The notes below the pieces were generated by a model. It was not told the DNA's origin and did not search any database. It saw only the letters and a program-made list of their open reading frames with translations. Below are positions 9,673 through 18,411 of a DNA stretch of 18,411 nt, piece after piece. The first letter of the stretch is position 1, and every line of letters starts with the position of its first letter. Origin of the DNA: Octopus sinensis (taxonomy: Eukaryota). The stretch lies in contig NW_021824534.1 of assembly GCF_006345805.1 (NCBI RefSeq), forward strand, positions 1 to 18,411, read 5' to 3'. Position numbers and translations under genes: made by a program.

Positions 9673-10012
9673 GAAATCGAAATAAAATACTCTTACAGTA
9701 TTTCAGTATTACGTTTCTATTGCAATTTGAGATTCTGTGCTATATATGTATACATTCGAATCAGTGGCGCGTAACGAAGGAGATACGGACATGTCGATGG
9801 TAAATAACTTCACGGAGATAGTCATGAAGTGGTTGCTATTGACATTGGCGCCGTTCGATTTTGCATAATCATACCTTTGGAATCTTTATCTGAGGAGACG
9901 GTTTAGGATATGCAGCACATGAATATAACTATTACGAATTTGCTATTATCAAGGTGGCGATCAGGCGGAACTATTATCGCCGGGAAACATACATAACGGT
10001 ATTTCGTCTGCG

Positions 10013-11462
10013 AGTGGCGAGCTGGCAGAAAAGTTAGCACGCCGGGCGAAATGCGTAGCCGTATTTCGACTGCCGCTACGTTCTGAGTTCAAATTCCGCC
10101 GAGGTCGACTTTGCCTTTCATCCTTTCGGGGTCGATTAAATAAGTACCAGTTACGCACTGGGGTCGATATAATCGACATAATCCATTTGTCTGTCCTTGT
10201 TTGTACCCTCTGTGTGTAGCCCCTTCTGGGTAATGAAGAAATAAGTATTTCGTCTGCCGCTACGTTCTGAGTTCAAATTCCGCCGAGGTCGACTTTGCCT
10301 TTCATGCTTTCGGGGTCAATTATATAAGTACAAGTTACGCACTGGAGTCGATGTAATCGACTTAATACCTATGTCTGTCCTTGTTTGTCCCCTCTGTGTT
10401 TAGCCCCTTGTGGGTAATGAAGAAATAAGTATTTCGTCTGCCGCTACGTTCTGAGTTCAAATTCCGCCGAGGTCGACTTCGGCGTTCATCCTTTCGGGGT
10501 CGATTAAATAAGTACCAGTTACGCAATGAGGTCGATATAATCGACTTAATACCTATGTCTGTCCTTGTTTGTCCCCTCTTTGTTTAGCTCCTTGTGGGTA
10601 GTAAAGAAATAGGTATTTCGACTGCCGCTACGTTCTGAGTTCAAATTCCGCCGAGGTCGACTTTGCCTTTCATCCTTTCGGGGTCGATTAAATAAGTACC
10701 AGTTACGCACTGGAGTCGATATAATCGACATAATCCATTTGTCTGTCCTTGTTTGTCCTCTCTGTGTGTAGCCCCTTGTGGGTAGTGAAGAAATAGGTAT
10801 TTCGTCTGCCGTTACGTTCTGAGTTTAAATTCCGCCGAGGTCGACTTTGCCTTTCACCCTTTCGGGGTCTATTAAATAAGTACCAGTTACGCACTTGGGT
10901 CGACATACTCCGTTTGTCTGTCCTTGTTTCTCCTCTCTGTGTTTAGCTCCTTGTGGGTAGTAAAGAAATAGGTATTTCGTCTGCCGTTACGTTCTGAGTT
11001 CAAATTCCGCCGAGGTCGACTTTGCTTTTCATCCTTTCGGGGTCGATTAAATAAGTACCAGTTACAAACTGGGGTCGATGTAATCGACTTAATACCTATG
11101 TCTGTCCTTTTTTTTCCTTCTGTGTTTAGCCCCTTGTGGGTAGTGAAGAAATAGGTATTTCGTCTGTCTTTACAATCTGAGTTCAAATTCCGCCGAGGTC
11201 GACTTTGCCTTTCATCCTTTCGGGGTTGATAAATAAAGTACCACTTTCGCACTGGGGTCGATATAATCAACTTAATCCCTTTGTCTGTCCTTGTTTGTCC
11301 CCTCTATGTTTAGCCCCTTGTGGGTAGTAAAGAAATAGGTATTTCGTCTGTCTTTACAATCTGAGTTCAAATTCCGCAGAGGTCGACTTCGCCTTTCATC
11401 ATTTCGAGGTCGATTAAATAAGTACCAGTTATGCACTGGGGTCGATGTAATCGACTTAATCC
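10013..11462 (+). repeat. Tandem array of SINE B: one head plus ~7.7 A-box-less 184-bp units
   Basis: Unit starts (GTATTTCG) at 10061, 10245, 10429, 10613, 10797, 10972, 11155 and 11339. Only the first is preceded by the 5' head GGCGAGCTGGCAGAA. A degenerate extra head lies at 9951-10011. Confidence 0.95.
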
Positions 11463-11532
11463 GCTGTGGGAGATGCAGATAAGAAGTTTTAGGTTCAATA
11501 TTTCTGTAACATGAATATGAGTGAGTATGTAC

Positions 11533-11802
11533 GAGAGAAAGGGAAAGAGAGAAAGAAAGAGAGAAAGAGAGAGTATGTGTGTGTGTGAGTGCATCCGGGT
11601 GTGTGTGTATGTGTGTGTGTGTAGTGTAGTTGGTTCTGTTGTAGGAGAGAGGGGGGAAAGAGTGCGTCTATGACTACGTGTTTATGTGCGTGTGTGTGTT
11701 CTGATATCCTTGTGTGTATGTGTGTGTATGTGTGTATGTGTGTTGCGTGTGTTTGTGTGTGTATATGTGTGTGTGTTGTGTGTGTATGTGTTATATATAT
11801 AT

Positions 11803-11847
<45 letters not shown>

Positions 11848-11957
11848 CATACATATATATTATACATACATATATATGTACATACATGCATATATATATA
11901 CATACATATATATATATATATACATGCATATATATATACATGCATATATATATATAC

Positions 11958-11995
<38 letters not shown>

Positions 11996-12403
11996 ATAAT
12001 ATATATATATATATATATACGTACATATATATACGTACATATATATATATATATACATATATATATGCATACATATATATATATACATATATACATACAT
12101 ATATATATATATATATACACATACATATATATACATACATATATAAATATATATACATACATATATATATATACATATATATATACATATATATACATAC
12201 ATATATATATACACATGCATATATATATATACATGAATATATATATACATACATATATATATATACATACATATATACATAGATATATATATATATATAA
12301 ATATATATACATACATATATATATATACATATATATATACATACATATATATATATATATATACATACATATATATATACATACATATATAAATATATAT
12401 ACA

Positions 12404-12434
<31 letters not shown>

Positions 12435-12583
12435 CATGCATATATATATATATATATATGCATATATATATACATACATATATACATATATATACATATA
12501 TACATATATATACATATATATACATATATATATATACATACATATATACATACATATATATATACATATACATACATACATAC

Positions 12584-12630
<47 letters not shown>

Positions 12631-12789
12631 CATATATATATATACATATATATATATATACACATACATATATATATATACAAGCATATATATATATATA
12701 TATACATACATATATATATATACATACATGCATATATATATACATACATATATATATTATATATACAATACATATATATATATACATAC

Positions 12790-12823
<34 letters not shown>

Positions 12824-12849
12824 TATATATATATATACAATATATATAC

Positions 12850-12901
<52 letters not shown>

Positions 12902-12915
12902 ATATGTATGTATAT
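11533..12915. repeat. Large compound microsatellite: (GA)n, (GT)n, then ~1.1 kb (TA)n/(TACA)n
   Basis: Seen directly; source of the long Y/I/M/V/C/H/T ORFs. Confidence 0.97.
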
Positions 12916-12958
12916 AATGTCATTCAATTTTATTTCAAATATGCATGTGTGCGTGTGT

Positions 12959-13349
12959 ATTATACAAAAATGGATGTCGTGTATGAATAATCAATCAATG
13001 GCGGCGTTATTATTTCATTGACTGATTATACGTCCATGTCACGCGATGTTGCGTGTGCGTGGTAATTCGAGTGTGACCATCGTATTGTGGCCTGACTGGC
13101 TGCGTCAATAATAAATGAAGCGAAATCACGAACAAAAGATCTTATAACATAATTATTGCTGGACATGGTCTACTTGTGTTGGCTGTTTACGAAAGAAAAA
13201 TGCTGATAAAATAATTATTGACCGAGAAAAGAGAATCGCGCTGTGTTTTGTTGAAGGCTAGCTGTGGTATATCGTGAGTGTCCGAAATCGTTTCTTACTT
13301 GAAATAGTCTGTCCAAATAACTGAGGTGGCCTGGTCTTAGCGGTCTTCC
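12959..13349. repeat. Unclassified repeat X, diverged copy 3
   Basis: Shares ATGAAGCGAAATCACGAACAA, ATTGCTGGACAT, GAAGGCTAGCTGTGGTA and CGTGAGTGTCCGAAATCGTTTCTT with 6506-6925, same orientation. Confidence 0.85.
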
Positions 13350-13662
13350 TTCTGTCTGTCTGTTCCTTCTCGAGCCATGTCTGGCTCATAAGGGCCGGTT
13401 TCCCAGTTTCCTTGGCATATAGGTTCCCCATCTGGACGGGGCGCCGGTCCATCGAAAGGGGAGCAACAAGATGCCGGAGGAAAGAGTGAGAGATAGTTGT
13501 GGCGAAAAAGTCAGCAGAAGTTTCGCCATTACCTTCTGCTGGGGCCGCGTGGACCTTAGGTGTTTTGCTCATAAACACGCACACCGTCCGGTCTGAGATT
13601 CGAACCTGCGATCCCTCGACCGCGAGTCCGCTACTCTAACCACTAGGCCATGTGCCTCCACA
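13350..13662 (-). mobile_element. SINE family C-related full-length copy anchoring the 142-bp array
   Basis: Reverse complement has the head plus GATGGACCGGCGCCCCGTCCAG body and GAAACTGGGAAACCGGCCCTTATGAGCC tail, homologous to 3405-3727. Confidence 0.85.
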
Positions 13663-15264
13663 GTTCGCCATTACCTTCTGCCGGAGCCGCGTGGAGCTTA
13701 GGTGTTGTGCTCATAAACACACACACCGCCCGGTCTGAGATTCGAACCTGCGATCCCTCGACCTCGAGTCCGCTGCTCTAACCACTAGGCCATGTGCCTC
13801 CACAGTTCGCCATTACCTTCGGCTGGGGCCGCGTGGAGCTTAGGTGTTTTGCTCATAAACACACACACCGTCCGGTCTGAGATTCGAACCTGCGATCCCT
13901 CGACCGCGAGTCCGCTGCTCTAACCACTAGGCCATGTGCCTCCACAGTTCGCCATTACCTTCTGCGGGAGTCACGTGGAGCTTAGGTGTTGTGCTCATAA
14001 ACACACACACCGCCCGGTCTGAGATTCGAACCCGCGATCCCTCGACCTCGAGTCCGCTGCTCTAACCACTAGGCCATGTGCCTCCACAGTTCGCCATTAC
14101 CTTCGGCTGGGGCCGCGTGGAGCTTAGGTGTTTTGCTCATAAACACACACACCACCCGGTCTGAGATTCGAACCCACGATCCCTCGACCGCGAGTCCGCT
14201 GCTCTAACCACTAGGCCATGTGCCTCCACAGTTCGCCATTACCTTCTGCCAGAGCCGCGTGGAGCTTAGGTGTTGTGCTCATAAACACACACACCACCCG
14301 TTCTATGATTCGAACCTGCGATCCCTCGACCGCGAGTCCACTGCTCTAACCACTAGGCCATGTGCCTCCACAGATCGCCATTACCTTCTGCCGGAGCCGC
14401 GTGGAGCTTAGGTGTTGTGCTCATAAACACACACACCGTCCGGTCTGAGATTCGAACCTGCGATCCCTCGACCGCGAGTCCGCTACTCTAACCACTAGGC
14501 CATGTGCCTCCACAGTTCGCCATTACCTTCTGCCGGAGCCGCGTGGAGCTTAGGTGTTGTGCTCATAAACACACACACCGCCCGGTCTGAGATTCGAACC
14601 TGCGATCCCTCGACCGCGAGTCCGCTGCTCTAACCACTAGGCCATGTGCCTCCACATTTCACCATTACCTTCTGCCAGAGCCGCGTGGAGCTTAGGTGTT
14701 TTGCTCATAACCACACACACCGCCCGGTCTGAGATTCGAACCTGCGATCCCTCGACCGCGAGTCCGCTGCTCTAACCACTAGGCCATGTGCCTCCACAGT
14801 TCGCCATTACCTTCTGCTGGGGCCGCGTGGAGCTTAGGTGTTTTGCTCATAAACACACACACCGCCCGGTCTGAGATTCGAACCTGCGATCCCTCGACCT
14901 CGAGTCCGCTGCTCTAACCACTAGGCCATGTGCCTCCACAGTTCGCCATTACCTTCGGCTGGGGCCGCGTGGAGCTTAGGTGTTTTGCTCATAAACACAC
15001 ACACCGCCCGGTCTGAGATTCGAACCCACGATCCCTCGACCGCGAGTCCGCTGCTCTAACCACTAGGCCATGTGCCTCCACGGTTCGCCATTACCTTCTG
15101 CTGGGGCCGCGTGGAGCTTAGGTGTTTTGCTCATAAACACACACACCGCCCGTTCTGAGATTCGAACCTGCGATCCCTCGACCGCGAGTCCGCTGCTCTA
15201 ACCACTAGGCCATGTGCCTCCACATTTCGCCATTACCTCCTGCCGGAGCCGCGTGGAGCCTAGG
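13520..15264 (-). repeat. Tandem array of 12 complete 142-bp SINE C heads plus a ~40-bp partial
   Basis: Exact 142-bp period: 13663, 13805, 13947, 14089, 14231, 14373, 14515, 14657, 14799, 14941, 15083, 15225. Each unit has TGGCCTAGTGG (A box) and GGTTCGAATC (B box) on the - strand. Confidence 0.97.
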
Positions 15265-15416
15265 GTCTCACTTCTGTGACTGCTCAAGGTGAGGTACACG
15301 AATACCCGAGGCAGCCTGTCTGAGTTAGGCACCAAACGATTTTCATTGAGTGAAAAGGAGCAGATTCTAGATCATATGAGGAGTGACTGCCAATCCGGCA
15401 ATCCAACTGATAGGAT

Positions 15417-15799
15417 CTAGAAAAACGACGACGCCGTGGTGATCACATTCTTGCTCACAACATCATAAGCGGAAAGTGTAACCTCTGGAAAGTGCTGTTC
15501 TTCACTCCTGCGCCAGAGCGTCGGCTGCAGGGTCACTCCGAAAAGCTCTATCTGCGACGATTTCATCACAATCGAAGGAGAGGGGCTTTCTCCGTCCGGG
15601 TTGCGAATCCGTGGAATAAGCTGCCGGACGAGATAGTGAAGATGCCGGCGACCGCTCGGTTCAAAGTCTCTCTTGACCAGAAACGGCCTGAACTCTTTGT
15701 ATGACCACCCTCCCTGTACATAACTCCATGTCCCCCTACATGGCCTTGCTTTTTGCTTTTTGAGCCAAAATATTAACTAACTAACGAACTAACTAACTA
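15417..15799 (+). mobile_element. CR1-clade LINE 3' end (ORF2 C-terminus, 3' UTR, (TAAC)n tail)
   Basis: LEKRRRRGDHI...LQGHSEKL...FSVRVANPWNKLPDEIV...FKVSLD (stop ends 15704) matches the CR1 ORF2 end pattern LE.RR.RGD...RGH..KL...FS.RV...WN.LP...FK..LD. An in-frame SYEE*L at 15372 may extend it. Confidence 0.9.
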
Positions 15800-15938
15800 C
15801 ACGCATTTCTTCGACACTCCTGAATATGGGCTTTGCACTCGAAATATATAGAAGCTATTCAACCTTCAGCTCTGCATTGTTAGAAGCTTTCCTCATCTCC
15901 TTTGTTATCTATTGCTTCTTTTTAATTGTTTTATTCAA

Positions 15939-16108
15939 AGGGGCCAGCCTTGCCACACTCTGTGTCACACTGAATCTCCCTGATAACTACATTAAGGGTA
16001 CGCGTGTCTGTTTGAGTGCTCAGCCACTTTCACGTTAATTTCACAAGCAGGCTGTTCCAATGATCAGATCAAGTGGAAATCTCGTCGTCGTAACCGACGG
16101 AGTGCCAG
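15939..16108 (+). mobile_element. Probable 3' part of another SINE family
   Basis: GC-richer block resembling a common octopus interspersed repeat as I recall it; single copy in this window, so not internally verifiable. Confidence 0.45.
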
Positions 16109-16293
16109 TATCTAAATGCTTGCATAATCTGTGATTAATACACCAACATACCAATTGGTGAATAACTTTCGATTTACAGTTTGTACTAATCGCCTACCAT
16201 ATTTAATCAATATGGACGTTATATTTGCTAGGTTTCACGCATGAAATGTTAACTGTGGTATTCGCCTGGTTTTAGCCTATCGCAATTTTCCTT

Positions 16294-16294
16294 C

Positions 16295-16364
<70 letters not shown>

Positions 16365-16386
16365 CATCTTATCTATCTATCTATCT

Positions 16387-16421
<35 letters not shown>

Positions 16422-16422
16422 C

Positions 16423-16465
<43 letters not shown>

Positions 16466-16522
16466 CTATCTATCTATCTCTATCATCTATCTACTATCTA
16501 TCTATTCTATCTATCTATCTAT

Positions 16523-16578
<56 letters not shown>

Positions 16579-16624
16579 ACTATCTATCTATCTATCTATC
16601 TATCTATCTGTCTGTCTGTCTGTA

Positions 16625-16695
<71 letters not shown>

Positions 16696-16724
16696 TTGTC
16701 TGTCTGTCTGTCTGTCTTTCTGTC

Positions 16725-16755
<31 letters not shown>

Positions 16756-16795
16756 ATGCCTATTTATCTTCTGTCTATCTATCTATCTTTCTATT
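16294..16795. repeat. (TATC)n/(TGTC)n/(CT)n compound microsatellite
   Basis: Seen directly. Confidence 0.97.
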
Positions 16796-16829
16796 TATAT
16801 AATATGTGACAATTATTCGGTAGCCATGA

Positions 16830-16888
16830 TAAAAATCCGAGTTTCGGATGTCGGGGCGGAAACCCACACCGGCATCTCTTCAGTTAAC
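16830..16888 (-). ncRNA. Degenerate hammerhead ribozyme motif with long stem II
   Basis: Minus strand: TTAA CTGAAGA GATGCCGGTGTGG-GTTT-CCGCCCCGACATC C GAAA CTCGGA TTTTTA. Stem II has 11/13 pairs; stem III and cleavage site look damaged. Confidence 0.55.
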
Positions 16889-16909
16889 GGGCCATCGAAA
16901 AAAGTGCTG

Positions 16910-16911
<2 letters not shown>

Positions 16912-16948
<37 letters not shown>
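16912..16948. repeat. (CA)n microsatellite
   Basis: Seen directly. Confidence 0.97.
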
Positions 16949-16951
<3 letters not shown>

Positions 16952-17537
16952 TCTCTATATATATCATTCAACTATGGTATTAGTTGAATAATATTCTTAA
17001 GACCGCAATTTACTCAGAAGCAGCATCTTTCAGAGCTTGTTGCTAATTCAGTTCTGAACCAAAGTAAAAATTGCTAACATTTCTGAAGAAGTCTTGTCCT
17101 AGCTACATTTTGGCTTAAAATAATTGAGATTTGGTTCAGTAAAAAAAGTTTAGATCAAAATTTGTAGCAACGTTATAGAGAGTAAACAATGCGACCAATC
17201 AAGTTTAAATCTAAATAACTTTTATTTCAAAAGCAAAATATATTTATTTTAGTTTTAAGGATAGAAGACAGCATGAGGAATTTCCTAGTTTTAGTCCCAT
17301 GCAATAAAAATTTGCATTAAAAAAAGAACAGAAGGCAAAAAATTGGATTTAAGTATAATTAATTTATTTTAACGTAAAGTATACTAGCCATATCCATATG
17401 GCTAACCACTAAGGTTGGGTGTTACGGTAGCTTTTAGCCCCAGGAGATCATCGTCTCCAGCTGGCTTTAGGCACACTTTCTGTGCCCTTATGATATATGC
17501 AAAGGGAGGTCATCCCCTCTCGTAAACCTAAGCGATA

Positions 17538-17583
17538 CGCACGGACTGCAGTTTCGAGGTAATTTGCCTCTTGTCAACGCACG
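17538..17583 (-). ncRNA. Apparently intact minimal type I hammerhead ribozyme, U3-A8 core variant
   Basis: Minus strand: CGTGCG | TTGACAA | GAGG-CAAATTA-CCTC | GAAA | CTGCAG | TC | CGTGCG. Stem I 6 bp (two G-U), stem II 4 bp, palindromic stem III, GUC triplet. Confidence 0.8.
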
Positions 17584-17957
17584 GTAATCACCGGTTTACG
17601 ACGAAAGGAAGACCTGTTTGCAAATACTTATAGGTTATTCTAAAAACAAACTATATTTTAATTAAGCGTAAATGAGAGACCTCAGTTCGAGGAAGTTCAT
17701 GGCTTCAATCTCATGCAATTAAGTATTAAAAGGAAAAGCTATGATTGTTGTTTCTAAAATTTGAGGGCGATAATATAATTCTATACTTCTTTATCAGTAT
17801 AGTTCTACAAGGGGACCTTTAATATGTGTCACCGGCATCATTGAAGTAAGGAACAAATTATCATGATTAATATTGTTTCTTTTAACAAGAACCATGTATA
17901 GAATTTATAGAAGACATCAACATGAGTCGAACCAATCTTAATATATTATTAGTACCT

Positions 17958-18189
17958 GTTTCTTTACTACCCACAAGGGGCTAAACACAGAAGGGACAAA
18001 CAAGGACAGACAAAGGGATTAAGTCGATTACATCGACCCCAGTGCGTAACAGGTACTTAATTTATCGACCCCGAAAGGATGAAAGGCAAAGTCGACCTCG
18101 GCGGAATTTGAACTCAGAACGTAGCGGCAGACGAAATACGGCTACGCATTTCGCCCGGCGTGCTAACGATTCTGCCAGCTCGCCGCCTT
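17958..18189 (-). mobile_element. Young full-length SINE B with 23-bp target-site duplication
   Basis: ATCTTAATATATTATTAGTACCT occurs identically at 17935-17957 and 18190-18212. Confidence 0.95.
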
Positions 18190-18411
18190 ATCTTAATATA
18201 TTATTAGTACCTTCATTGCACGGAGGCAAATTTGGCCTTAACAGTGAAGATTGTTTTATAATTAAAATGGGAATCTGTAATATTCTCGGAGGACATTATC
18301 AATATTTACTTAAAACTAAAGTATTCTAAACTATTAACATGAAAAATCCTTCTTTCCTTCAAGATTTAAGTCTCTCCTTGTTATTATCACTCGCACCTCT
18401 TTCAACAGCAG

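Noticed and set aside
9961-11270. Repeated ORFs containing RPRKDERQSRPRRNLNSE (also 18042-18329)
   Set aside because: Antisense translations of SINE B.
11495-12923. Long ORFs of 109-413 aa on both strands
   Set aside because: Translations of (TA)/(TACA) microsatellite, which seldom produces stop codons; not genes.
13270-13295. DFGHSR kinase-like motif in a minus frame of repeat X
   Set aside because: No HRD or APE context and stops nearby in the copies; chance match.
8083-15264. CRISPR-like appearance of the regular arrays
   Set aside because: Units repeat along their whole length with no unique spacers; eukaryotic context, no cas genes.
13520-15264. tRNA gene cluster
   Set aside because: A/B boxes are present but I could not form a proper acceptor stem/cloverleaf, and units continue into SINE body sequence.

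Overview
Repeat-dense, AT-rich eukaryotic non-coding DNA with no intact protein-coding gene. The SINE families and huge (TA)n/(TATC)n tracts resemble octopus/coleoid cephalopod genomes; this is an inference from recalled repeat sequences, not a search. The window holds several tRNA-derived SINE families, 3' remnants of an RTE LINE and a CR1 LINE, three minisatellite arrays (~106, 184 and 142 bp units; the last two clearly built from SINE parts), long microsatellites, and a nested direct/inverted duplication at 4.5-7.0 kb. The main hidden signal is four different minimal type I hammerhead-ribozyme motifs (five copies), of the kind known from Penelope-like element pseudo-LTRs. The one at 17538-17583 (-) looks intact, with a compensatory U3-A8 core pair, a palindromic stem III and a GUC cleavage triplet. 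Except for the CR1 remnant, the supplied ORFs lie in repeats/microsatellites or show no recognisable protein features.
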